A DNA stretch of 64,000 bases, taken from NCBI GenBank assembly GCA_013265495.1, contig MU061578.1:2427308-2491307 (forward strand), written 5' to 3'. Positions 50,910 through 62,945 of this stretch are shown here, in pieces. The notes beneath the pieces are model-generated. The model did not search any database. It saw nothing but the letters and a program-made list of their open reading frames with translations, and was not told where the DNA came from. Position numbers and translations under genes: made by a program. Within the stretch, counting starts at the first letter, position 1, and each line of letters starts with the position of its first letter. This stretch comes from Vicugna vicugna (lineage: Eukaryota).

Positions 50910-52035
50910 CAAGTCGCACTTACAAAGAGTTCAATATGTACCCTTGCAGCTAGATGGCGAGGTAGATATTTTTATAAGACTAAATGAGAGGATTGGACTG
51001 AGAAAGGTTAGCCAGGAGGGCTGCGTGGAAGAGGTGAGACTCCAGCCATTATGAGGAGAGGATTCATGCAGAGGAAACAGGAAGACTCTGAAGGTTAAGG
51101 ATAGAGTCTGCACAAATCCCATAGGCTGGGAAAGGAGCTGGGGGAGGGGGAAAGGGGAAGCAGATAGGAAAGTAGTGAAAGGTTTGTGCTGTGACAGATT
51201 GAAGGGCTCCGATGGAGCAAATAATAATACCAAGCATGCACCTTACCCTCTCCAAGTGCCAGACACCATTCTAAACACTTCATTTATCTTGCTTTGCTTA
51301 AACCCCACAATAACCCAGTGAGATGGCACTGTTACCCCAGTGAGTCAGCAGCCAGGCTGGGATTTGAATCAAGGCAGTTGTCTTCAGGGGCCATTTGCTT
51401 AGCCACTGCATTAAAGAGTAATGAGCTAGAGTGCCAATAAAAACAAAGCCAATTAAGCAGGCAGAGGGACGAGGTTCTGGAATAATCTGGAATCCCGCTG
51501 TCACAGACAGGTGCTCGGACCCGCCGCGTCAGCGTCACTTCAGCGCATGTAAGAAAGGCAGGATCTCAGGCCTCACTCCAGACTTACTGGGTCAGATTCT
51601 GCATCCTAACCAGAGCCTGTAGGGGCTTCCTCAGCACATGACAATGTGGGTGGTGCTGGTCTGGAAGTCAGGGGTCAATAACAAAAATCTAATTCGAGAA
51701 GGGGTACTGTGGGTGGAAACAGAACAGGTACGAGTCTCGCTGAGCTGCTGGGTGTAAATACATTTCCAAAGCTACACACAGCTGGCAGCAGTCATCACTG
51801 ACAGTGAGCAAGACAGCTGTGGTTAAGAGCTAGCGCCAGTTCCACGTACTAGCAGCTCTGCCACCCTCTCAAACAAGTTATGAAACCCCAAAAACTCACT
51901 TTCACCATCAAAAAGTGGCGGCAAGGACAGTTCCTCATCGGGTTCTTATGAAGATTAGGTAAGAAACTCTATATTTGGTGCTTAGCACCGTGCCTCTTAC
52001 ATATTAACCCCTCCACAAGCATTATCTAATTACTA
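50910..52035. mobile_element. L2, MIR, MER5 and MIR fragments
   Basis: L2 (gaggaggtgag-like, 50910-51140), MIR minus (51220-51410), MER5 (51505-51660), MIR plus (51810-52035). Confidence 0.6.
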
Positions 52036-52039
52036 TGAA

Positions 52040-52900
52040 GGTGACAAAATTATAACATATGGGCATTAAACTGGCTCTGAAGTCCCAATTATAGTGACAA
52101 CCCCTGGGAACAAGGAAGAGGTGCAGAGAAATGCAAAGTGCAGGTGGGCTGAATGTCCTCATCTTGCCTGGACGGAGTTCAAATATGCCATTTCATTCTT
52201 GACCTTGACTATTAGAGAAACAAGGGTTACAGCATCCTTTTCAAAGAGGTGAAAGGCAAACACGTGTAGAATTAATAACAGGATGCCTACCTATCTTCCC
52301 AATCAGCAGGTAAGATAAAAGCAAATCAAACAGAAATCTGCAGAGCCAAGAAGAGAGAAAATAAATGAAGCAGCAAGAAAAGTTCTTTTTAGGGAATAAT
52401 TTTTTTAAATGACAGGTAATCAGACATGTATACCATGGCAACTATACTGATACTGAACTCCTCAGTTAAAAAGCTATGAGTCTCAGACGGGGTGAATAAA
52501 CAAGATTCATCCATCAGCTACTTCCGAGAGATATCTGCATTTCCAAGGGGAAATTTTAATCGAGTAACAATGAAAGGATGTGCCCAGGCCCATGGAAACC
52601 AAAGACAGAAAGTAATGTTGATTTTAGAAAAACCCAAGGCAGAAGGCATTACCCAACCTTGAGATGGTCATTGTATATTAATAAAAGCCTCAATCCATCA
52701 TCAGTGCTGGTCAATAAATCGCCTTTGTGAATCAAAGAAAATGGACTCAAAATATATAAAGTACAAACTGTGACCAGTACCAAGAAAAACCAACAGAAAT
52801 ACAGTAGCTCAGGGAAACTCTAACCAACCCATCTCAGATTAAAAAGAAAATACAGGGCCCAAGGCCTTTACTGTAAAATTAATAAGGTTTGTCAGATAGA
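52040..52900 (+). mobile_element. Highly decayed L1 (inter-ORF/ORF2 start) fragment
   Basis: A-rich strand; ctgaactcctcagttaaaa...ctcagac...aacaagattca resembles the start of L1 ORF2 endonuclease. Confidence 0.45.
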
Positions 52901-52959
52901 GAACATACCTTTATGTGTCCAAGGGGTATTCCAGAAAACTTTAGCCAGACTTGCCTACG

Positions 52960-53570
52960 CAACCATTCAACTATCCATCTGACTACCCATCTGCCTATCC
53001 ACCCATCCATCCATCTATCCATCCACCCACCCATCTCATGTTCACTGAGAATCTACCTCCTACCAGGTACTACACAAGGTACTGGGGATCCAATGGAGTA
53101 AAAAGATAAGGTGCTTCCTATTAGGAATTTTATAGACCTCATCAAGCACAAAGAAAAAAATGGTTAGTTATTAAAAATGGAGGCATGGAGATAAACAATG
53201 GGACGTGACAGAGTGTAACAGGAATAACAAGGTGTCAACAAAGGTCTCAGGTTTCAGTTCAACAAGAATGATGAAGACAAGTGAGCAAGACGTGGCTCTT
53301 CAGGAGCTTATATTTTGGTAAGAAGGAGTCAAGTAAATAAACATGAGCACAAGAAAGGAGTATCATTTCAGACAATGCTAAATGCCATGGAAGATAAAAC
53401 AGCAATAGAAAAGATCACATAGGGGGCAGGAAAGATGCTGATTCTTTGGCCAGTCATCAGAGGCTCCTAAAAGGAGGTGGCTTTGAATCTGAGAGCTTCC
53501 AAGGTCAGAAAGGTGCCGGGGTAGCCAGCTCATGTCAGGGTGTCTGGGCATTATTCTTAGAACTGTGGGA
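52960..53570 (-). mobile_element. L2 with (TCCA)n tail
   Basis: ccatccatccatc then ttcactgagaatctac...ccaggtact...caggagcttatatt. Confidence 0.7.
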
Positions 53571-53979
53571 AGCCTCTGGATCTGCTGGTAATTCCATATG
53601 GTTCTGCAGGACCCAGAAGATTCCTTGGGTTCCCTGGGGAACCAGACACCCTTCTAAGCCAGAGCTACCTACGCAGTCAGGCTTGCAGCCTCCACAGAGG
53701 CTCAGATGGTAAATCCTGCTCTAATTACACTGGTAATTATGAACCGACACTTGCTGAGCTGGAAAGAGCATTCCTTCTGTTAGGAAATGATCGCTGGGAA
53801 GTCAGTCCCAGCCTCTTAAACAGGGGGGCTGCTGTGAACTTACAAATGGCTGATGGAAGGTGAGACCCAGTGCAGACGGGAGCGTAGGCACCACCCTGAG
53901 AAATAAGGGAGGAACCTGAACACTGGGAAGGAGACGCTCTGGAAAGTCTACACCACCTCTCCCCACTCTGGAGGCAGCA

Positions 53980-54155
53980 TCAGAAAGCGCAAATACTCCG
54001 CAGTCAGTCAGACCCGGATTTTAATCCTTGTCCTGCCTCCAGTGAGCTGGGCGACATGGGACAGTTACTGCCTCTCTGAGCATGAAGCTTGCCACCTGCA
54101 AATGGGTTTACTAATAACCTTTCTTGTGGGACTCCACCTGGCACATAGTAGGTCT
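53980..54155 (+). mobile_element. MIR SINE
   Basis: gtcagacccggatt...ctctctgagc...cctggcacatagtagg. Confidence 0.7.
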
Positions 54156-55359
54156 GAGAACTACCCAACCCTTCTCTACAGGTTCTCCCACACCTCTTGG
54201 TTGGGAGCTCTGGAGGGAGAAGGAAGGAAAGGAGGATAAAAGGAGGGGAACTGCCAGCCACAGAGGTTATTATGCTCCCTGGTGATGCTGCAAGGGAGTT
54301 AAAGAACCCGTGACAATAAGATTCTCACCCTGTGTTCCCTGTGACGGCGAACAACAGAGACACGAGAACAGAGCATCCATCAGAACTCACAGAGGAGGCA
54401 GACGAAGGCAGGTGATCAAAGGAATAAATCCACTGCAATCTGAAAAACAGCCTGCCTGCTTTCATCCATCTGGGAGGTGACGCAAGGACTCACACTCCGG
54501 CCAAAACCACACTTTTTTCCTACCCTAACCACCCTGGGTGGGGCCACAGGCGTGGCAGGTTTCCAGAACAGAACCCCTCGGGGGTTAATCAATCTTCTCC
54601 CTGGTCTGGCCACGTCTCGCAGTGCCTCGGCCCCCACTCCGAGCTAAGCTTGAGAAATATGCCACTGCCAAGGAGATTTATCCATTTTAAAAGGTCAGAG
54701 AATTACTGCCATTGAAACTTGCGCACGGAGCAGGTGTAAATATGCCCCAGCTCCCCCTCGTGCTTTATCACGCTCAGGAGAGGGAACCTGGGGGAAGTTA
54801 CCTTCCAGGCAGAGCATTTAACTGCTTGGTGCCTGGGGAGCCAGGGACTTCCTGGAGACAGGACCCACCTGCCCATGTCACCCTTGTCACTCCCTTCTCC
54901 CTCTCACCTGAGAAGCATCCCGTCTCCAGCTTCCTGGGCTGCCAGCAACTCTAGGGACCTGGACCATCCCTGTGCAGTTTTGCAAAGCATCCCTCTAGGG
55001 GAAGAAAGATGACCAACTTCACACAACAAATTCAGACCTCACTCCAGCTATTGACAAAGTATTGAGAAGGCAGGATACAAAATCAGTTAAAAACAACAGT
55101 CACCTTGACCGTAAATTCCAGACTTCTGTTTTGCAATATGCTTCCTAGTGGTTTTACTAGGAAGAGAGAAGAATGGAATATCACTCCCCCAATGGGAATT
55201 CCCATTTTCTCACAACTGATTTAGAAGTTCCCAGCATCTCAAGATGTTCTGGGGACTGTGTGGGTTCAGGAAAGCCCAAACTGTAATGAGATTTTAAAAA
55301 ATCTTCACTCTAGTGTGGAAAATGTTGATGCCTGGGGCAGTCTGGAGAAGCCTGCAGAC

Positions 55360-55600
55360 AGAGCAGGAAGACTCCAGGCTGCAGAGATGCACATACCTGG
55401 GTTCAAATTCCAGCTCTGCCACTTACAAGCTGTGTGACTGTGGACAAGTTACTTCACCACTCTGGGCTCCCCACCCCCGCCGCCAGTGGTAGGAAAAGAG
55501 GGATGCTGGGACCTGGTCTGCCTAGGTGCTATAGAAGAGTTAGATTAATTCAAGTTTAGCACAGGGCTCACAGCTGATACTCAATGAATTGTTATCACTT
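55360..55600 (+). mobile_element. MIR SINE
   Basis: cctgggttcaaattccagctctgccacttacaagctgtgtgac. Confidence 0.85.
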
Positions 55601-56009
55601 TGTCAAATTGACTTTGTCAGCCCTGAGAGAAAGAGAAAGACCAAGTAACTGGGTCAACTAACCTATCAACAAATCAAGTGATGACTCAGTCTAGTGACCC
55701 AGCAACTGCACGGATTCTCCAAAGTTTAGGGGTCAAGATGGCACATGGAAAAAGAGGGATACCAGCCAGGAATGATACATTTCGTCCCTCGAGATGAGAG
55801 GAGCCTGCCCTCCACTCTCCTTCCACCCCTACTTTCCCCGGGCAGTGGACGAGTAGAATGTGCTAACCAGGGTTGACACCCCCAAATGCAGGACAGCATG
55901 GTGGCTGGAAACACAGTCCCCGGAGCCAGCCTGCCAGGCTTCAAATCTCAGCAGACACTGGAGATCTTGCTGAGACTCCTCTTTTTTTTTTTTTTTTTTT
56001 TTTTTATTT

Positions 56010-56572
56010 GTTGGTTCTTCAAAAAGTTAAACACAGAAGTACTCTATGGCACTGCAAATCCACTTCTAGGTATATACCCAAAAGAATGGAAAACAAGTGT
56101 TTAAACAAATGCTTGTACACACATGTTCACAGCAGCTCTATTCATAATAGCCAAAGCACAGAAACAACCCAAATATCCACCAACAGACAAGTGGATAAAC
56201 AAATGTGTTCCATGCATGCAGTGGAACATGATTCATCCAGGGAAGGGATGAAGCACTGACATTCCACGTGCCAACATAGCTGAATCTCATAAACATTATG
56301 CTCAGTGAAAGAAACCAGTCACAAGAGGCCGCATATTTTTGGATTCATTTATATAAGATGTCCAGAATGAGCAAATCCAGAGAGAGAGAAAGCAGATTAG
56401 TGGCTGCCATAGGCTGGGAGGAGGGGGAATGGGAAGTGACAGCTCACGGGGTTACCTTTTGGGGTGACGAACATGTTTAGAGGTGATGGTTGCACAACAC
56501 TGTGAATATATCAAACACAACTAAATTGTTCACTTTAAAATGGCTAATTTTATATGAGTTTCACATCAATAA
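56010..56572 (+). mobile_element. L1MB-like 3' end
   Basis: ORF2 C-terminal remnant (NPLLGIYPKEWKT, ORF 55886..56104) and 3'UTR ending catcaataaa. Confidence 0.9.
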
Positions 56573-56573
56573 A

Positions 56574-57195
56574 TTACTACCATATGACCCAGCAATTCCA
56601 CTCCCGGGTATATATCTGAAAAAAATTAAAACACCATTTTGAAAAGACACATGAGCCCCAATGTTCACAGCAGCATTATTTATAAATTTCAAGATATGAT
56701 AGCAACCTAAGTGTCCACTGACAGATGATGGATAAAGAAGAAGTGGTATGAATGTATGTGTATATGTATATACACACACACAATAGAATACTACTGAGCC
56801 ATAAAAAAGAATGAAATAATGGAATTCACAGCAACATGGATGAATTTGAACAGCATTATAGTAAGCGAAATTAGACAAAGACAAATATTATACATCACTT
56901 ATATATGGAACCTAAAAAATACAACAAACTAGTGAATATAACAAAAAAAGAAGCAGACTCACAGGTATAGGAAACAAATTAGTGGTTACCAGTGTGAAGT
57001 AGGAGAGGGGCAGCATAGGAGGAGGGGAAAAGCCAGGCACAAACTACTGGTTGTAAGACAGGCTCAAGGATGTACTGTACAACACAGAGATATAGTCAAT
57101 ATTTTGTAATACTGTAAATGGAAAGTAACCTTAAAAATTACTGTATAATTGTATATTGTAAAAAAAAATTGTATAATTTTTAAGTTAAAAAATAA
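56574..57195 (+). mobile_element. Younger L1 3' end (cetartiodactyl-type) inserted directly behind the L1MB tail
   Basis: ccatatgacccagcaattccactcc...gaagcagactcacag...ggctcaaggatgtactgtacaacac. Confidence 0.88.
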
Positions 57196-58272
57196 TACGA
57201 AACCAAAATAATAATAATGGTAGTAAGTTACTTCAAGAAAAAACTCCATTTCTCAAATTTTTCTATGCATAACCGCCAGCCAACAGCAGGGGCGTGGGGA
57301 GGGGTGCTCCAAAGGACAGTGATGCCAGGAGGAGGGGAAAGGGCAGTGGAGCCAGAGACCACAGATTCAACCTCCCCAGGAAGCCTACTTCACCACTTAA
57401 ACCATCTCCCATCCACTCAAGGGCCAGGCATGTGTCTCTCAAATCCCATCACACAGAAAATTTACATATGTAATAAAAAGCTGCTGTCCTGACACTACTC
57501 TTAGGAAAAAAAATTTCTTACATTTGTATTAATTTTCCTTCCCGGGTTTTAATTGAAGAGAGGATACAGTATCACAAGGGAAATAAAATCTTACTTCATC
57601 TATCTGAGGGCCATGTGGCTTCATTAGAAATTACATTAGTTCCTCATTAAGCAACAATAATAATGTAGAGTTGGAATCAATAAAAAAAAATGCTTTGCCC
57701 CAAGGTATAGATCCGTTTGGTTCAATTATATCCTTACATGGCCAAGCTCTGGTGGCTCCAATGCTAATAAAAACGTGGCGTGATGCCGGAAGATATGGGT
57801 TTCCTTCATTCGCCTTCAAAGCTGAGTGATGAAATAGATGAAAGGGCAAGATTCCCATCCTCACAACCACTCTCATCATTCCTAATGCAAAGCCACCTAA
57901 ACACCCATCTAGAGCTCAAATATGAAAGATGCCAAGTAAGTTTCATCTCACAGCCTTCCTTGATCAATCGGTAGTAACTGTTCTGTGTCAGGGTTGAATT
58001 GTGCTGTGATTGATTAGATATGTCTGCCTTGGGCACAGGATTGTACCTGGTAGCAAGTATGTGCCAGTTATGCCAAACCCCTCCAACTAGGAGGGGAGGT
58101 TAAAAAAAGCCAGAGGCTATGAGCACAGGAGTTGCCCGCCCCTCTCCTTAGTCATGCCGACTATATGGCTGGGCTGGGTTTGCACAGTAATAGAGAACAT
58201 GAGACTTTTTTACCTCCATCATTTCCACCAGACTTAACAAAAGTCCTAAGTCAGGACGTAATGAATACTTAC

Positions 58273-58311
58273 CTGACCCTCGACCAAGCTGCATGGCAGA
58301 GACAGCAGATT
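58273..58311 (-). other. Candidate 39 nt exon of an unidentified transcript
   Basis: Minus strand: ttttttttttatgcag|AATCTGCTG...GGGTCAG|gtaagtat; consensus donor, frame-preserving length. Confidence 0.45.
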
Positions 58312-58419
58312 CTGCATAAAAAAAAAAATTCAAAGACAAACGTTGAGTTTCACATTGAAACAATTTCTTTTCTTTTCTTTTTCTCTTAGACAAAATAACC
58401 ACATTCCTTAGAAAGAAAT

Positions 58420-58930
58420 ATGTGATTCATACATTCTGAAAATGTTCATTGGGTGCCTAACACATACCAGGTGCTATTGTGGGCTCTGTGTTTTTAACAA
58501 TAAACAAGATAACAAGTCCCTGCCACCAGGTGGGAGGGAGGAGGAAGGACAAGGCAAATAAAGAAAGTAACAAATAACCACAGATAAAGATAATATCAGA
58601 GAGTGATAAGGCCAATCATGATAACAAACTGGGTTGTGGGATTGAGAGTGATAGGTGCTACGTTGGGGGTCAGGGAGGGTTACAGCCGAATGACAAGGAG
58701 TCAGACATATCTGAAGTAGGTATTTTCAATGCAGGGACAGCAGGTACAAAGGCCCTAGGGCAGGCACAAGTGGACAAGGGCCAGGGAGCAAGATGGCTGG
58801 AATATCTGAGGACAGTCAGACATCAGGGAGGGAGGCAGACAGGAACCAGATCATGTCCAGCCTTGAAGGTCAACACAGGGTGTTTTAGTTTTTTCTAAGC
58901 AAGTTTGGAAGGCACCAGAAGTTTTTTAAG
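58420..58930 (-). mobile_element. L2 3' region
   Basis: ttcattgggtgccta...ccaggtgcta...gtacaaaggccct...ccagatcatg. Confidence 0.75.
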
Positions 58931-59713
58931 CACATTTTCACAGAACCAAAATCCATACCCTACTCAGATCAATAGCCCCAAGTAGCCCCCATACTGTGGA
59001 CTGACCCATGCACATGCTCCACTTGTTCTCAGAACTCCCAGGTCAACCCCCAGCACAGAAAGGGCCCTGGCTGAGATGAAAGGGAAAAGGCGAGTTGCAC
59101 AGACGCTTTGTGAAATGCAAATCCCAGGGCCAGTCTGCCCCCGATCTCAGGACATCACTGTCCAAGCCAAGAAAACCTTCTCTTCCTCCCTCTCTCTCTC
59201 TGCCCTCCGCTCACACTTCTACCATATTTCCTATTGGTTTTGAGATGGTTTCCACCCAACAGGAGAGAAGACACCACAAGCTCCCCTTATCCCTGCCTAA
59301 GGCTCAGATCAAGCCCCTTTATCATATGCCTGTGGCTCCCCCAGTACCTCAGACTCCGAGAGAGAGAAAGAAGAAAACCCCTTTCTTGGACTCTGCCAAA
59401 CAGATAAAAATCCCCTGGCACTGGCCAGTCCCAGCCAGGGCTCTGGGTCCAGTAAACTGTGAGGAGCTTAACCAAGCCAGTACCTTAAAGACAAAGAGAT
59501 GGGCTACTCTACTTTGCTGCCCAAGGTCTCGGGCACAGCAGACCCGGCCACCGGGAGAAGACAATATTCCGCTGTTACTTCCCATCCACCCTGAGCTGAG
59601 CTCCAGGCTCCCAACCTACTTCACAGGGTGACCACAGAAATTAAATGTGATACCACACCCCTGGCTTATGGACAGCCCTCAGCAAAGGTCTCTGTGACAA
59701 GAGCCGTTATTAG

Positions 59714-60511
59714 CCCAGCCCAGCATTTTTGCCCTAAGCACCTTTGCCACAAGGCGCTTTTCTCTATAAACATTTTCACCGCAAAACTAATTGGCTGTAA
59801 GGCAATTTCACCGTAAGAGATAAAATAACAAAAAGGTAAATAGGGATGTAAAAAAAAAAAGGACATAATGAAACATGAAAAATCAGTAACAAAATTTTAA
59901 AGAGTTTATTGTGAAATACAAAATATTTCCACATATCTAAAATGTGTGTAGATTCATGGCAGTATTGTGCAAATAACAGAGAGGGATTAGTTTCCAAACA
60001 CTCGGGTGCATGTTTATTAACTGAGCTCTGTATCACACCAGGAAAACCTCTGTATGGCTGTTCCTTCTAGGCAGATTATCACGTGTCCTTTGGCAAATGT
60101 TCCAAAGTTCTATGGGAAACATGGCTTTGACTCTCCGCCTTCAGATCACGGAAGGATTTGCAAACTGATGTTATTCTTTTCTAGTATAATGTGTGATCTG
60201 GCTTTACGCTCTCTATTTCAAACTTCCAGTAAGTTTTATCACTATATTTTCTATCAAGTTGATACATGTAGTTGTTATCATCCGCTATTTTAATGCTGCC
60301 CCATCTCTCAGTTCTGTTTAGACCATCATGAGGGCTAAGACTGATGGAATACAGAAATGGGAGTCCTGTGCCAATGGACAAGTGAAATCAACTGTTAACT
60401 AGTTATTTTATCCTTTATTATATGCTTTACGGCCAATTAGTTATGGGGCAAAGATGTTTGCTGCAAAAATGTTCAAAGCAAAGAAGTTTAGAGGAAGAAA
60501 ATATCTAGAAC
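59714..60511 (-). mobile_element. Internally deleted Mutator-like (MULE) DNA transposon with transposase remnants
   Basis: ~100 bp imperfect TIRs with ~15 bp subterminal repeats; flanking (c/t)gttattag duplication; minus-strand FLYWCH-like and FP..WN...LPR.N...E...HPSVWKLI remnants. Confidence 0.8.
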
Positions 60512-61399
60512 TGTTATTAGTATTTTTATTATCATTGTTGGTCAAGTCCATTCCCAGAGATTAACCAGGAAATGGGCTGGGACCAGCCAGCACAGACCAT
60601 TCACATAAAGAGGAATCTTCAGGGACATGACTTAGAGCTAGAGCCACAATTTGGAAACAGGTAACACGTAAAGTAAATGCTGAACTTCTTCTCCTACCCT
60701 CTCCCTCAAAGGCTATTACACCAGCATGCCTGTGGCATTTCTCTCCTGTTTGCAAGGTGTAAACAAGAGGGCTTGTCCTGCCTGCCTGTTGAAAGTCATG
60801 GACAGGGTGGAGTGCCTGGTCCACTGTGCAGGCTCAGGTGGGCCTCTGACCTCGGCTTACAAGGGAGGCACACATCGAGAGTGAGTGGGTAAGGCAGAGC
60901 CCAGGGTCAGCATACAAAGGGTAGATGAATACTGACCTCTCTCCTGGTTTCTTAGAACCAAGCCCTGTGCCTCCCCCAGCCCTCCCTCTGTCCCTCATCC
61001 CTCTGCTTATCCTCAAACCCTCTTTCTACGCCAGCCCCTCCTCTGGGGGGTCCAGAAGATATCCAGATCTCACCCCTCTTTTCCTTGCCCCCTCATCTCC
61101 TTTAACTGTAAAAGCTCGTATCTCTTTGCTTCTTCCATCCACCCTCCAGAACTGTGCTCAACATTGGAGATGTGGTGAGAAGCACAAATAAACACGGTCC
61201 CCAATGTCACTGACAGTCTGGAGGAGGAGCAGACAGTAACCAGGGAGTCATAAATACAAGTGAGGCTACAGCTCCGAAGAAGAGCATGTGAGGACCCTCC
61301 ACCCCTCTCATTTACTCCCCAAGGCCCTGGGCCCCTCCCACTGAGACAGCTTTATCGCGCAAGCCCCCTTGTCCCTTCTCACCTTACTAGGAGCCCTCT

Positions 61400-61860
61400 G
61401 CAGTGATTCTTACAGCTTTGTCTGCCCCTCTCTGACATCTTTTCCCAAAGTGCTTAGTCCTTTGGGCTCCATTTCCTACCCCTATTCTGGGAACACCAGC
61501 ATCCTCTAGGACTCCGCATCTGCATGCGTCTTACTCCCCACCATGAATGTGTGTTTCTGGTCCTGGCTGCCGTCCTGAGCTCCAGGCGCAATGAAATGAC
61601 TATCGTCTCACCCTCTCCACGTGGGCGTCCCACTAACATTTCAACTCCACATGGCCCAAGCCATGCCCTGCTCTCTCCACCAGCTGTGCTGTGCCTCCTC
61701 CACCTCCTAGGTTGGAGTGTCGCATCCCAGTCCTGCCAGCCCACTGAGCCTGAAGCCTGGGGCCGCCTCTCACTCATCCCCATGCTCAGTCCCTCTCGAT
61801 CCACTGCAGCCGTGTCTCTTGCACTGCGCTCTCCTCCCTGGCCTGATTACTGCATAATAA
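61400..61860 (+). mobile_element. L2 internal fragment
   Basis: cctgagctccagg...tctccacgtgggcgtcc...ccctggcctgattactgc. Confidence 0.6.
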
Positions 61861-62399
61861 GTGCATAATAATAGACGCTCCAAAGGCTTCTGGACAAGTC
61901 TCTTTGTGCTGCTGAAGACAATTTGGCTGAAAGCAAGGGGACCAGCAGGACAATTTGGTCAAAATGAATATTCCATGGTTGTTTTTCTGAATGTTGATCA
62001 TCTTGGTGTGCCGTGATGCGGTTTTAAAGACATTTTCTTTATCTTTATCCACGAGGATCTGTTTATTCCTCAGTATTTAGAGTTTCATTTTATTTTGTTT
62101 GTTTAAGAAATCAAGACCTAGTCTTGCCAGGCTCGGCTGTAACTAATGGCAGACATCGGGCAATGAAAAGAAAGAGTCTTCTATAAAAATCTCGTTTATA
62201 GCATTCATCTAGATAGCCTCATATAACAGTCCCTTGAAAAGCAATGTATGTGCTGCCCTGAGAAAATCCATTCTGCAGAATGTGTGATCCTGGAAAGGTA
62301 AGGTGTCCATTGAACCTATAAAAATCAAAATCAATCTTATTTTCTCCACCACTCTTTTCTGAATTATAAATGAAGAAAGCCCCTACTATTCACCAAACT

Positions 62400-62945
62400 C
62401 ACCCCTGAAAAAAGCAGTATGAATTTGACATGTATCCTTCTGGTCTTTTTCCTAAATATGTACAAATATATACACCTATATATACATTATTTAGATACAG
62501 ACAACATATACTTTTAATTTTTAAAAATGGGTTGGAGTTATAGATTTTGATCTGCACACTTGCTTTCTATAAACTTAACAATAGAGTGTGAATGTCTTTT
62601 CCAGATAATTCATGTGGAATTGGGTTTCTCAGCTTCAGCTCTGTTGAAAGCTGACAGTTTAGACTGGATGCTTCTTTGTTGTGGGGGGCTGTCTTGTGCA
62701 CTGAAGGAAACTTGTAACACTCTGGCCTCTACCCACTAAATGCCAGACCCACATCCTCTCCCCCAATTGTGACAACCAAAAATGTCTCCAGACACAGCCA
62801 AGGGTCCCCTGAGGAACCAGTTAAGAACCTTTGCTGTGGAGTCACCTCTTCCTTTTGTTAACAGCTGAAATTCCACAGAACTCCATAGAATCCCATACTC
62901 TGGACACACCATAACTTATTTAACTATTCTGCTATTCATCAACAT
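62400..62945 (-). mobile_element. L1ME-like fragment interrupted by MER20 (62620-62835)
   Basis: gggtttctcagc...ctttgttgtggggggctgtcttgtgca...gtgacaaccaaaaatgtctccagaca inside L1 3'UTR-like T-rich sequence. Confidence 0.75.

Noticed and set aside
54329..54439. Possible 111 nt minus-strand exon (tttttcag...AGG|gtgaga)
   Set aside because: Weak pyrimidine tract, a competing internal donor and no recognisable peptide; not supportable without RNA data.
59095..59631. 178 aa ORF
   Set aside because: TTG start, low-complexity Pro/Ser content, no family similarity or splice context.
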